This document shows, piece after piece, positions 25,814 through 39,899 of a DNA stretch of 64,000 nucleotides. Numbering within the stretch: the first letter of the stretch is position 1; each line of letters opens with the position of its first letter. Below the pieces are notes generated by a model that worked only from the letters and a program-made list of their open reading frames with translations, did no database searches and was not told the origin of the DNA. The stretch is from Octopus sinensis. Its lineage: Eukaryota. The translations under genes and the position numbers were made by a program. The stretch covers positions 42,470,001 through 42,534,000 of the forward strand of contig NC_043004.1 in the NCBI RefSeq assembly GCF_006345805.1, given 5' to 3'.

Positions 25814-25965
25814 CATCATCATCATCATCATTATTATTATTGTTAAAGCGATAGAAAGACAGATACAAAGATAAATAGATAGATATGTATGCACACACAC
25901 ATGTATATGCATTTATAGATATATATACATATGCATATATATACATGATATATAGGCATATACAT

Positions 25966-26038
<73 letters not shown>

Positions 26039-26063
26039 TATGTATGTCTGCACAGATACGTAG

Positions 26064-26122
<59 letters not shown>

Positions 26123-26804
26123 TTTATATGTGCGTGTGTGTAAGTGCCTGTTAATGTCTGTGTATTTATAACTCATATACCAGTTACATGATGCATTATC
26201 TCAGTGATATAAATTGTCTGGATTCGTGTGAAAGCCGCACTACGTGCAAGACGAAGTATGATAACAAGCAGTCACCATGCAGTTCAAAGTTTTCTATCTT
26301 TCATGAACTTTTCCATACTCATCTGTTCACCGACATTGTGTTTCATACGTATCTAATATTGTTTCGTATGACTTCTGTTTCTATTCTTTGTAAATTATTT
26401 ACAATTCGTTTAGTTTAATATTTTTTTTTAAGTTTTAAATTTTTAGTTCCATTCCATTTTCAGTGTTATATTTCGCTGGCTTCTTCGATATTTTTTCCTA
26501 TATGTAACCTTTTCTCTATTTGAGAATCTACAAGTATTATTGTGATACCAAGTCGCATAAGAATACCAATATTGACAAATGCAATAATAGTGTCATTGAC
26601 GAAAATAAAAATAATCATGGGTTCAAATTTTGGAACGGGGCCAGTAGCTATTTGGGTACGAGTAAGTCGATTACCTTGATCCCAGTACTTGACAGGTACT
26701 TCTTTTATCCACACCGAGAGAATGAATGCCAAAGTTGAAATTCAGAACATAAAATCCGGAGGAAATACTGCTGAGCATTTTCCTCGATGCGCTAACGCTA
26801 CTCC

Positions 26805-27132
26805 CTGGCTTAAACTAAATGCAAAAGAAAGAGACAAAGCAAAGTCCCAACAATGGCTGATATTCTCAGGACTCAAACCAGAGACTGAAGGATCATTAAT
26901 TGCAGCACAAGTTCAAAGATTTCCCACCAGAAATTACTAAAAACGTGTAATGAACAGAACCACAAGTAACTGCAGAATATGTGGAGATGTAGAAAAGACA
27001 ATAAATCATATTGCCTCTGGCTGCCCAGTCCTGCCTAAGAAGGAATATATTCACAAACATGACATAGTTGGGACCTAAATACACTGGAAGTTATGCAAAT
27101 ACTATGGCATAACAACAGGAAAAAGATGGCCA
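26805..27132 (+). mobile_element. Internal R4/Dong fragment (Zn-knuckle region)
   Basis: Reads WLIFSGLKPETEGSLIAAQ...CRICGDVEKTINHIASGCPVLPKKEYIHKHD...IHWKLC. Homologous to 24890-25215. Confidence 0.9.
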
Positions 27133-27489
27133 GAAGAACATATATCAACAACATCATACATGAAAAAAAACACAACTATGATGTTGTTGGTACATGTTCT
27201 TTGTCTCTCTCCTTAACTTCTTGGAAATTTTAGGTAAAATAATACTAATGTGTCCTGTTCTAATGTAATTAAATTGTATTTCTTTGTGCAGCTGAAGATT
27301 GTTCTACATTTTAAACTGATATAATGAAATAATTACATTGTTCAATAAAATGAAGTTGCATAAAACGGTTGTACTGCATTACTCCTGGATATATTTGTTG
27401 CTTATTTTGATTTTAATCACCTTATTTTGAAATTGTATGGATAATACCGAACTAAATTCTGTTGCCTCAACTTAAGTACCATATTCATA

Positions 27490-27533
<44 letters not shown>

Positions 27534-28019
27534 AATGAATGTCTTGTATATATATATTTAATTTCTGACGCAAGTGTATATATTTATTTATTCATATATC
27601 AAATACACATTATTGAATTAAATAAGTTCCCCAAAGTTAAACATATTTTATGGAAACTGATATACGAACATACGCACACTTATGTGCATACAATTCGCCC
27701 ACATATTTACCCTAATAGACAGATATTTTACCGTAAGATCTCGATTAACACTCCCCAAAATTTCCCATTGACCTAAAAATACAATACTATATTTAGCGGC
27801 TGACCCAAACAGTTTTTGATGAATCGGTTTATATTTTGATATCTCGTGTCGCTAACGTGTTCAAAATATGATTTTTCTTTTTGATGTTTTTAAAATGCTT
27901 CAGAGAGACTATATTTATAAAATGTCGCAGTATAGAATGTGGCTCGCTTTAATGCGGACCCCCCTTTGGTGCTGAGACCGATTGGGAGCAGTCGGTGGGT
28001 GCTATCAGTCCAAACAGCT

Positions 28020-28300
28020 TAAGACCGGCCCTGCTCTCTAGGAATTTAAAAATGAATAACATTTTGAAAACACATAAATTCATCAAATGCAAAAAGCAAT
28101 ACAGATCGCTGAAAAATGTGGAGCTTTATACAGCAACCATGAAAACATGGGTTAAAAATGTGGACACCCAAACTATGGAACATACCACAAGCTGCTGGAA
28201 GATTTCGAATTGCTATTCAAAGAAGGAGAGAGTTTCACAATTAAAACCAGTTTCACTTGTTCTTCCAAGAATCTGATTCATATTACAACTTGTTATAACC
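28020..28300 (+). mobile_element. Penelope-like (Neptune-type) linker/endonuclease relic
   Basis: Reads NILKTHKFIKCKKQYRSLKN followed by KCGHPNYGTYH...EGESFTIKTSFTCSSKNLIHITTC, the Cys-rich linker that precedes GIY-YIG in PLEs. Confidence 0.65.
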
Positions 28301-28733
28301 CATTCGTGTAGATGGCACTTCTAGTCAAAGGTAGAGTCTGCTAAGATCCTATGGCACGTTGACTCTGGACTCAGAAATATGTTAGGGGCACACGTGCCAG
28401 AAGAGTTCCTAATCCAACGACCCTGTCAGGGTTATTTCAGTCAGTTGTAATGCACTGAAACGACGGAAACCATAATAACCAGCGTCAACATAGGTATGCC
28501 CACACGCATACACATACACACCCACAAACACACACACGCATATAAATTTAAATACGTATATATATATATTATATGTGTGTGTGTGTATGAGTGTATATAT
28601 ACATATATATGTATATATATATATGTATTAAATTAATAACCATATATATAATTATATATCCATCTATCTATCTATCCATCTATCTATCACATATATATAT
28701 ATATATGTCTGTGTGTGTATATATATGTCTGTG

Positions 28734-28778
<45 letters not shown>

Positions 28779-28932
28779 TAAATTAATAACCATATATATA
28801 ATTATATATATATCTATCTATCTATCTATATATATATATATATATATATTTAACAAAACTGTCTGACGGACGGGAACGTGAAACTCTGAGTAACAGGTTT
28901 TGTTGAATTTCTGCTGCTTTGAATAAAGTATA

Positions 28933-28963
<31 letters not shown>

Positions 28964-29554
28964 ATTATATATATATATTATATAATTTTATTATACTCCA
29001 TACTGAAGGAATGTCTAAACATCTTTAAGCTACCCAGAAAAAACTCCATAAATACATGCGGGCTATTAAATAAGACTCCACATTAACTGCGAATTAACTA
29101 ATTTGAAAATTAAAATCTTAAATAACTTTTCTTCCATCGTCTGCGCAATGTATGTAAAAAATATACAGACAAGTGTTAGTGCATACCTATAACAATATAC
29201 GAAGATGTGTTAATACCCATAACTAAGAGCATTTTCTGCGGTCCTATTTTGATATAAATAAATGTGGTCGCCGTGAAATTTTAATCTGCTGTTTTCGAAT
29301 CTATACTTGCAAGTGTTTGTGCGCAGACGTGCAGATTTGCTTTGTACGGGTATGTATTAACCCTTGTTCGTATATTTTTTTTTACATATATTGCGTTAAC
29401 GATCCAAAAATCTATTTAAGATTTTAATCTTGAAATTAACTCCACTATTTATGGAGTTATTCTTGGTAGCTTCGTAATGTTTAGACACTCATTCAGTATG
29501 GAGTCATGTTTTGACTTTCTCCCTTAATATATATATATATATATATATATATAG

Positions 29555-29877
29555 GAACATTCCGTTAATTACGACGACGAGGGTCCCAGGTTATACAATC
29601 AACGGAACAGCCTGCTCATGAAATTAACGTGCAAGTGACTGAGCAATCCACAGACACGTGTACCCCTAACGTAGTTCTCAGGGACATTGAGCGTGACACA
29701 AAGTGTGACAAGGCCGACCCTTTGAAATACAGGTACAACTCATTTTTGACGGCTGAGTGGACTAGAACAACGTGAAATAAAGTGTCTTCCTCAAGGACAC
29801 AACACGTCACCGGGAATCGAACTCACGATCTTATAATGTGAGCCGAATGCCCTAACTACTAAGCCACGCGCCTTCAA
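29555..29877 (-). mobile_element. tRNA-SINE sharing the family-B 3' half but with a different central body
   Basis: Reverse-complement head GGCGCGTGGCTTAGTAGTTAGGGC...GAGTTCGATTCC and family-B tail (GTTAATTTC..GAGCAGGCTGTTCCGTTGAT). The middle differs from family B. Confidence 0.85.
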
Positions 29878-29886
29878 AGACACACA

Positions 29887-29922
<36 letters not shown>

Positions 29923-30057
29923 ATATATATAGAATAATTAATTTAATATATGAATGTCTTACTTCCATACTGACTACATGATAATTAGAATTAACGTGAT
30001 TTTATACTTAATTGATGAATAAATATATTTTTTATTTTTATATTTTTAAAAATTTTA

Positions 30058-30100
30058 TCTAGCTTCAGCTCACGAGCTGTGGCCATGCTGGGGCACCGCC
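30058..30100 (-). repeat. Solo ~43-bp retroposon 3' tail (further copies at 35412-35453 minus and 43009-43050 plus)
   Basis: GGCGGTGCCCCAGCATGGCCACAGCTCGTGAGCTGAAGCTAGA, related to the last ~45 nt of SINE family C. Confidence 0.7.
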
Positions 30101-30219
30101 ATTCTAAAAAATATGGAACGCTTCACGAATTACCGTGTCATATATATATGTATATATATATAAGTGGATAAATCAGTGTATTGGCTTTAGAATAACTCTC
30201 TTTAGCCCTTAATTATATG

Positions 30220-30253
<34 letters not shown>

Positions 30254-30922
30254 TATTAATACAAGTGCATAGATGTTTGCGTATGAGCATCGGTAGAAAA
30301 GTGTATTTCTGTTACTCATTCTCATGCACCAATTATACATTACGAGTTCGCGCGCGTATATGTCTGTAATTGTTGGTATGCATCTATGTGCACATGCACG
30401 CTTGTGAACTGAGTTGTCATCAGTATGCGTGTATGTTGTTTGGGTTTAATATTGTGCTCGGTTCCAGTTATATCTCTGTACATTGTTGACTTCAGCTTTG
30501 ATGTTTTGATGTTTAGAATTTACCTTTAGATTATATTTCCCTTCAAAAGACATTTGCTTCTCTATTCTGTTTCTTGTGATCTTAATCGATTATTTGCCCT
30601 GAATACAACAATCCTGGAAAAGGAAACATGCTTAGTATGCTTCTAACGGCAGTCACCTATAATTGCTATGTTGTACTCGCTTTGAAGAATTATGATATAT
30701 AACATACTTATGACTGTTTCCCGTTGCAAATATATCATTCACTTCTCTTGCGTAGATTTACGCAGAAATACATACACATATACGCGCATACATCCATCTA
30801 TGCATGCATACATACATACATACATACATACACACATACCGATATATTCATGTATGCACACATACGCATGCATACACGCACACGCAGTATTTAATTATCT
30901 GTGTATGTATACATAAGTATAT

Positions 30923-30967
<45 letters not shown>

Positions 30968-31123
30968 ATATACATACATATATACATGCATGTATGCACA
31001 CGAATTTATATTTATACGAATATATACATATATTTCGTTTTTGTATCTGGTTTCCACGATTCTTTATGTGAATTCGTGTATTGAAACATACTTTGTTGTA
31101 TCTGGGTTCAGCCATTTTGTCTT

Positions 31124-31295
31124 TACGCCTTATTAACTAACACACAGGTTCGATGTCCACATTACTTATACATCTATCTTTTTTTCTTTTGTAGAATTTT
31201 CGTTGCTTGCTGAAACAATAATTCTGAAAGAAAACTCATTCATAAAGAAATTGAGTGGAAATATATTCGGTGAGTGTGTTAGTTAATAAGGCGTA
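31124..31295. mobile_element. Tc1/mariner-type MITE with a TA TSD
   Basis: Perfect 24-bp inverted match TTTACGCCTTATTAACTAACACAC at 31122-31145 and 31274-31297, read as TA plus a 20-bp TIR. Confidence 0.8.
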
Positions 31296-32107
31296 AAAGG
31301 AAAATGAATCTCCCCAAATTGAAAACTCTTGATTCCTTCACACATGTGTCAGAGCCTCACCTTTTCCCATATATTACAATAGTTGTTTGCATCCATTCCT
31401 TAAGCATATTTTTTGTACTTTGCGAATCTCTCAGCAAAATCCTTGAATCACCTTTTAATTATTTCATTAAAATGCTACTTCGTGGTTCGTCCGCCTCCAC
31501 TCTTCTTCTGTTCATTTGGTCTTTGTGTACTCATGTGTTACTCTGTGTGTCCGAATCTTCGTCACGTCTTGGAAATGCTTTAATTCTAATATTCAAACTA
31601 ACTAGTGCAGATATTATTTCAATGCTCTATTTAAACTGACCTGGTTTTTATCTATAAATTTTGAGTTTTCATATATTGGCTCTCATCGTGACACGTTACC
31701 ATCTTACACATTGAGCACGCAACACACAACTCAACTTCATTTTCGGTACCCCGCTACACCTCTAGTTTGCTACATTCGCAAATTTAGCAACAAGAAAATT
31801 TATCTCTAGCGAAAGTAGAACAAGTGCCCAAGACATAGTTTTCTCCCCTTACGTCATCTCAACATTCTGTAACTGAGTTAACCTTTTCGAACGTATCTGC
31901 CGAACTATAAATCAATCAGCCAATCAATCGCTCAATGACTGCTGGCTGACTGTCTGACTCACTCACTCACTCACTCAATCAATCAATCTATCTATCTATC
32001 TACCTACCTACCTACCTGCTTGTTTGTCTGGCTACCTAACTACCTACTTACCTACTTACCTACCTACCTATATATTTATCTGTCTACCCTTTACACGTAT
32101 GTTTGTC

Positions 32108-32165
<58 letters not shown>

Positions 32166-32382
32166 AGACTGTGTCTGTGTGTGCACGCGTGTGTGTGTAT
32201 GTGTGTATATATTATTTGTTAAACACAATGTATGTTTTATGTGCTGCTATTAGTTCCAAATGCTGAGAACATGCGAGGCAGTATTTGTTAACACGCCTGG
32301 TGTCCTAGCACATTTTGCAGACCCTGCTTACGTGGCATAAACTAAAAATGAGGCGATAGGATGAGAGAAGAAACAAGAAAGA

Positions 32383-32582
32383 AGAAAACCTTCTTCGTGT
32401 CTACAGCCGTATGCTATAGCTGTACAATTAACATAGCGGGCATTCATCAACGTAACAGAAGAGAATTCGTGTTTAAAATGCAATGCATTGAAATTAAGCA
32501 GTATCACTGTTTAAACACTTGCAATATCAATCTTAATATGATAGACGACAAATTAGAGGCGAATTGGAATTATTCTTCAATA
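32383..32582 (+). repeat. 200-bp direct repeat, copy 1
   Basis: Matches 34097-34297 with 2 substitutions and 1 indel. Confidence 0.95.
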
Positions 32583-32764
32583 AAAGGTAGAAGTTTGAAA
32601 AACTGGAAAAAAAAAAGAAAACAGAAACAATTCGGGAACAGGAACTTAGCCATATGTTTATAATCGCTGAAAATTTCGGAACTAGAATTCAGCGGTGGGT
32701 TAGAATTCTTAGACCTAAAAAGAATCTGAGTTCTTTCAGCTACGCCTAGCTTAAATTTTTAGGT

Positions 32765-33450
32765 AAGTTCGTAAGATATTGCTGAAGGCTGTGATCTTAT
32801 CGGCCCTGTGTATTAAATACATTGTGATCTATATAACCTTCTCATGACATTGGTCTATACCGAGACGACGGATTGGGTGTTTACCATGGCTGTGATGGTC
32901 ACACCCTCGATAATTTTAGGAAACAACTTACTTCTACATTCGCTCAATTAGTCCTTACAATCACAGTCGCTACTAATTTGTCTAAAGTTGATTTTTAGAT
33001 GTTTCCCTAACCCTGAACTCCTCCTCAAGCTTTAGTATTTAAAAACATGATTGCTAACATTAGTAGCGAATTGTCTAACCTCTGTTCCCCTAAAGAAATT
33101 TTCGAGAAGACAGAGCCGTACTACAAAAATGCCCTAGCCACTTGTGGTTTTTAGGTTAAATTAATATATAACCAATTTAATATTAATACGAATACTAATG
33201 TTAGGCCTAGAATTAGACATAGGAAAATAATTTGGTTCGTCCCACTCCTACTTTTCCATTAATGTAAAATCTACCATAGATAAAAGACTCCTGGTTCGGC
33301 TAGACAAACATTTTCCAGAAAATTCCATGTACAGGAAAATATTTAACAGGCGCTCAGTGGAATTATCATATAGCTGCTGCTCCAATGTGAAAGAAAAGCA
33401 TTATTACACACAGAGCAATGCCAGGAACTCACTTTCAGTTATAACTCTCG
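32765..33450 (+). pseudogene. Penelope-like (Poseidon-type) reverse transcriptase relic
   Basis: GLYRDDGL at 32852-32875, then TITVATNLSKVDF.DV, EPYYKNALATCGF, RHRKIIWF.P and LDKHFPENSMYRKIFNRRSVELSYSC. Contains stops and an internal deletion. Confidence 0.88.
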
Positions 33451-33681
33451 AAACCCAGGAACCTCTCTACTCGACCATGGATGTATGCTTAAATCTGTCT
33501 CAGCATATGAATCTAATAGTTGCATATAAAAACATATACTCTCTTTATTAAATATTTATCTCTAATAAGATGGACTTCTTTTTTGATGAGCTTACCATCA
33601 CGGAATAGTACACTATAGAGATATATATCTATATATATATAAAGTGTGTGTATGTGTATACATATATATGCAAATATTTGC

Positions 33682-33737
<56 letters not shown>

Positions 33738-33764
33738 GTAAATATATGTGTGTGCATGTATGTT

Positions 33765-33802
<38 letters not shown>

Positions 33803-34096
33803 TATATATCCCATAATAGAGTTTGTATACGTATTTATCAAGGATTATGTTGGAGACACTAAAATTTAGACATTCTATAGAAAATTATTCACATGAAAGA
33901 AAGAGGGACAAAGCACACATCAAATCTTCCGTTAAACAAACAAAATAAGCTCCCAGCTTACAGAGTGGCTATTATTCTCGACGCTCTAGTTCCCGTTATT
34001 AGTCTGATGAAGGTTTAGTAGTCAACTTTTCTAAACTCTTCATCGTATTTGAATTATGGCTATTATCTGTGATTGTGTAGTTCATAATATTTAATC

Positions 34097-34297
34097 AGAA
34101 AACCTTCTTCGTGTCTACAGCCGTATGTTATAGCTGTACAATTAACATAGCGGGCATTCATCAACGTAACAGAAGAGAATTCGTGTTTAAAATGCAATGC
34201 ATTGAAATTAAGCAGTATCACTGTTTAAACACTTGCAATATCAATCTTAATATGATAGACGACAAATTAGAGGCGAATGGGAATTATGTCTTCAATA
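34097..34297 (+). repeat. 201-bp direct repeat, copy 2
   Basis: See copy 1; offset 1714 bp. Confidence 0.95.
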
Positions 34298-34601
34298 CAG
34301 TTCCGTTCATAAACTTGACTTACAGAGAAGAAATCGCTATATAATTTAGCTTATTGACATATATATATATTGATAAATGATAATTTTTCGCTGAAATTCT
34401 TATATACACTACTATGTATGTAAATCTACGCATGCCTAAATTAAAGGGCTGAAACGCGAACGTATATATGTTCACCAGCATAATAAAACATAGGAGTATT
34501 ATATATTAATATATGATTGTATATTAATGTGCAAGTGGCATATGATTATATGAAGCAACGAATATCTGTCTATATGTCTGTCTCTCTGTGGATCTATCTA
34601 T

Positions 34602-34657
<56 letters not shown>

Positions 34658-34771
34658 GTGCATCGATCTACCTATCTATTCATCCATCCATCTATCTATC
34701 TATCAATCTATCTATCTATGCATCGATCTACCTATCTATCTATCCATCCATCCATCTATCTATCTATCTGT

Positions 34772-34825
<54 letters not shown>

Positions 34826-34879
34826 TTATTTATTTATTTATTTGTCTATCTATCTATCTATCTATCTATCTATATATCA

Positions 34880-34921
<42 letters not shown>

Positions 34922-36849
34922 GTATCGATCTATCTATCTATCCATCCATATATCATCTATCTATTTATCCATCAGGCTAGCTATTAAAATGCATGTATAT
35001 ATATTTTAATATGCATGTGTATGTATACATATATGTATCGCTTTGGTATATTTGTTCATGTTAGTAATATAATTATAGTGCTATTAGTTGAAACATTCTG
35101 TAGTGTCCAGGTTTACACACTCATACTATTTATGGCAGCATCGCCAAATGTTGCTGTTTTTTCTAGTTTAATAATTCAATAGTCGCACTATATCTCGCTT
35201 CTCCAGTGCTTATTGCCGATTAACATATTTTCTTTTGCGTGGAGTGTATCTTGTGGAATATAATTTCTATGTCAATGTTATGTGCGTCTTCTAATATTGA
35301 GTGAAACGTCTGAGTTATATTGCTAATATGCCCAACAATTTTCTTTTTACAGGGACTATGCTTATTTTCTTTATAGTATACTGTTCGAATTCATTTTCAT
35401 TTTCATTTTACCTAGTTTTAGCTCACGAGCTGTGGCCTTGCTGGGGCACCGCCATTCGGTATTGCTACATGATTTTACTTCACGAATGCTTTTGGTGCGT
35501 GAGAGAGTTTGATGCAGCTGCCCTCATCTGCACCTCCTGCCGTGAAGTTGGTTCATCTGGGACCAACTCCAATTACCGATTTCCTTAAAATAGTATTCAT
35601 TAAAACCCTACTTTTCTCAGATCAGTAAAATATAGTTATCCTCCCTTCATTTTGTAAGAGGCATTTTTGCATTAAATAAGCACAATAATTAGGAAATGAA
35701 GCAAAATCATGCGAGTAAAGACTTTATATCACTTGGCCATATATATTTACGCCCCGTTGTCAAATACCGCCTATGTATAGCCTTTCATCCTTTCAGGTTC
35801 AATATTATAAGTATGATGATATATATAAACGGTATATATATATAAACCTTTAAAAAATATGGGCAATTGTGCTTTGTTTTTGTAAATCATTATTGCATTC
35901 CACCTTCTTATAGTTATTTGATTTTGTCCAGAACTGATAAATATCGAGAATTGCAGATTTATATGTGAACATATTTCGCTGTAATTATTCAAAATCTATG
36001 AATAATTACAGATGTACAATTGAATATATTCTGTAGTAATTATTCGAAACCTTTGGACAATATTGCTATTTTTATCACTCTTATAAATATCATTCAGACC
36101 AAGGTGATTGTTGATTAAGCTAACCTATAATAAGATCATTCCAAATATCTGATCTTACGTTAAGAAAATATTTCCAGAAATAAATTATCTTGTATAACCT
36201 TTCATTTTTAAAATGGCATAGTATAATTTGCAGAAAACTAGCAATTTCCAACATCTTACATTGATCAAGCTGATATAATGCTTTGTATCTAACTCGATAC
36301 TAAAACATATCTATTTCCTTAGTAAAAATAATGAATCTCTGAAACATTGCCAGAGTATATCTTACCGATTTTTGTAAATTAGTTGATTTGGATTTTACCA
36401 ACGTTATTGAGGCTGAAGGCCATTGTGTAATGTCGTTTATTTTCTTCGTATTTGTCTCTAATATATCAATGAAATACAACGGTTTTATTACTTCATTTTC
36501 TGAAGTTATCTATCATCTAAACACCCCATTTATGCCTTAGAAAATATAATAGAAATATATAATTGTCCCTTTATAGATCTGGATATATAAAATAATCTGT
36601 TTAGAGTAAAAGATTATCTTAGTATATTCCATGAATAAATTGGTGATACACAGTGTAAGTGATAAATAAATAAGATAATTTTTGGTCGGCCATGATAACC
36701 ACACTCTCCCGGCGATATTTCATCATTCACCTACCAGTCATTATCGCCGTCTTTGATTTATATGTTATGCAACTCTTAGTGAGGTATGCAATGCTTGCTG
36801 TATTCGATATTAGAACAAATTTCAGTTTCAGATGAGATCTCTGAGACAA

Positions 36850-37115
36850 ACAGAAAGAAGTGAACTGGAAAGTAGAGAAGAGGAGTTAGTTTGACAGTGA
36901 TATTTAATGAGACACACTTACGGAGATATGTGGCAAGAGAAAGTGAGAGAGAGACAGAGAGAAAGAGAGAAAGAGAGATAGAGAGACCGAAAGAGAGAGA
37001 GAGAAATGGAGATATTAAAACAAATTTTGAAATGTAGTTAACAAAATATGTTCATTGGCACAAATTCTCACACCACCCCCACACAAGCGTATATATATAC
37101 CTATATATATATAGT

Positions 37116-37151
<36 letters not shown>

Positions 37152-37605
37152 GAGCAATAAAGAAAGAGAGAAAGATAGAGAAAGAGAGCGGCATGAGTTT
37201 AGAATAAAATGTAGCCTGTTTCTTAGTTGACTTGGAAGGAAATCAAAATGACATAACGGCCAACGTTGTGAATATTAGAGAATTAAAATGACAAGTTAGG
37301 TTATAATATGGCAGACGTAGCGAATGACCTCAGTTGACGAGCTAAAGAAATGAGAAAATGGAGAAAAAGGGAATATTGAACGGAAGATTAAAACAGAAAA
37401 GATAATTTTAGAGCGGAATTGCGGGAGATAGATGCATCGAATGAATGCTAAAGTACAGGGAAAGTGATGGTTGACAGGGAATGTATGAATTATAGAAACA
37501 GGAAAATAGAAAGGCCGTAAGGGTTATTGGATAAAACTAGAGAAATTGTGAGAAGAAGAAATAGTGCTTAGGGAGAAGCAGGAAGAAAGACAGAGAGAGA
37601 GAGAA

Positions 37606-37645
<40 letters not shown>

Positions 37646-38050
37646 TAAATTGAGAGGAGGAGTGGACAAAAGGTAAATAGAGGAAAAATGAATGACAAAT
37701 TGACATATGGAGAGTTTTTGGAGAGTGAATGGTTTGTGGGGATAACGAAATAGAAAGCTAACCTGTTTCTGTCTCCACACACATGCAAATCGACATACAT
37801 AAATAGGAAGAGGGAGAGAGAGAGAGAGAGAGAGAGTGAGAAAGGGAGCGAATAAGAGGTACATGGGAAAGTTGGCAGATAGAAAAGAGGAGAAGTCACT
37901 GGAAATGGAACAACGGAATTAGTTGAAAAAGAAACAGATGGTTACACGGAATGCCCGATTGTTAGTGAGGAACGAACATAGAAAGATTATCACAGTGTGA
38001 TTGAGAGCGATGGCAAGGGAATGGAAGCGAATCAATGATATAGAAATGAA
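36850..38050 (+). repeat. Purine-rich (GA)n low-complexity zone
   Basis: Several (GA)n tracts (about 36945-37005, 37118-37185, 37585-37645 and 37810-37845) embedded in A/G-skewed sequence. Confidence 0.85.
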
Positions 38051-38619
38051 TCCATTGACAGATAGTAGATAGATAAGTAGATAGATATATATCGACGAAT
38101 TTACCCCCCACCGCATATATATGCGTATGTGTCAGTATGTGAACGCTTAGATGTGAGTATATATGTGTTTTAAAGACAAGGATGTAATGAAAGAGAAAAG
38201 GCATCTTGAGTTTAAATTCTATGAGTGAGCTTTGAATAAAACGACTAACGTTCTATGCGTCACAACGGTACCAATCAAAGGAAAGCTTTCGATAAAATCA
38301 GAGAGTGAGCAAGACGTCTTATGTATGCATGAATGTTAAATCCACCAGTCCGTTTGTGTTTCTGACTAAAATTAGTGCCATTTTTGTCTCCACATATGTC
38401 TGTCTAACTTCCCAGAGTTAGAAGCGTTTGAATAATTATATTCGTTCGCCAGTAGTTATTACCATTTAAATACCATTTCAACGTAGAGGCAACTTGAAAC
38501 CGACAGTAGTTAAGTAGGATCGTTGTATATTTTTTGAAATATTCATATAGTTTTTTCTTAGTGTTGGACGGATATTATTTAAATATGCTTTGTTTTCTTA
38601 TAAACATGTCATATTTAAC

Positions 38620-38900
38620 TAGATAGTAACATAAAAGAAAGGCAATCAGTTGTTTTGGAAGATGAAAATACTGTTTGATATAAGGAAAATGAAATATTTA
38701 GGTGACATTGTAATAACATTCGTCCAAATATGGTCTCTAAGTTATATAAATATTCTTCTCTCGAGAAGGCATAACGAATAAATAACAAAGCCAAAGACAG
38801 CCACAAATGAAAAGAACGAATAAGAGATGCATTTTGAACATTTAAATGTGGCTTCATAGAATATATTCTACCTTGTATCAAACAATGTAATATAAAACAA
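38620..38900 (+). mobile_element. Possible old LINE RT C-terminal relic
   Basis: KMKYLGDIV (like 'FKYLGSIV') followed by weak RTE-like thumb similarity. Confidence 0.3.
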
Positions 38901-39679
38901 GACAGTTATACCATACAATTTTTTGAGAGTGCATATTTTATATTAATGTTCTCGTACACTCTTCATTAAATATTTATGTAATAGTTAATATACGACATCG
39001 AAGTTTACAAAACTGATGATAATAATAACGTTTCAACTTTTGACAGAAGACCAGCAAATTTAGGTGAAGATGGCTAGTCGATTACAGCCTCCTAGTGGTT
39101 TACTATATATTTTCTTGATCCCCAAAGGTTAATTCTTCTCATGCATAGGGACAAAGCCAGGAAAGGTGGCGGACGGAACATCCGACTATATAAAAAATAC
39201 TGGACTGAAATTTTATCTCATTGTATCAAATACGACAAAGATGACCTCGGTAGAATTTGCACTCAAAAAGTAAATGACCGTAATTATATACAGTAAAACA
39301 TTGCTTCTGTAGATTGTATGGTAATACTAGGAGGCTTTAGCGCATGACGTCATGCCTACAGCTAAGTTACGAAATGGTTGAAGACAAAACACAATCGTAT
39401 ATATTTTAAAATGCTGTTATATGATTTATGTAGTTATTTCAACTCAAGCACATTGACTAAATCCCTAAAGGAGTAATCATAGTTTTTATATTAACGTTAT
39501 TTAAATGTCCTAATGTATAATAGAGACAAAACTGCATACGTCAGTTGCATTTGGGGAACGATTATATGGCGAATAATAAATTATTAGGGATTGTATTCAA
39601 CCGTTCCTAAAAGGATTAAAGTTGGCGTTATTTTCAGTGGCATCCACGAATTAAAAGAGATATCATCTACATTACAAAC

Positions 39680-39870
39680 GCCAAATCGAAACTGGTGTGC
39701 CACAATTGTCTTGAATACAGCTTAGCAAGTCTAAATATCTCTTCCTCATGTAAGGTTTCGACAGAGTGAAGCCTGATACCAGTTTGATAATTGTAAGAAA
39801 TTTAGGATTACAGGGAGAATTGCCCGGAGATATCAGCTTCGCTGATTTAAACAGGAAGATCACACCAAAC
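39680..39870 (+). mobile_element. LINE RT relic (CR1/Jockey-like)
   Basis: GFDRVKPDTSLIIVRNLGLQGELPGDISFADLNRK resembles 'AFDRV.H..L..KL..LGI.G.LL.WI..FL.NR'. Confidence 0.5.
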
Positions 39871-39899
39871 ACTATACATTTTTATGTATCAAATGACTG

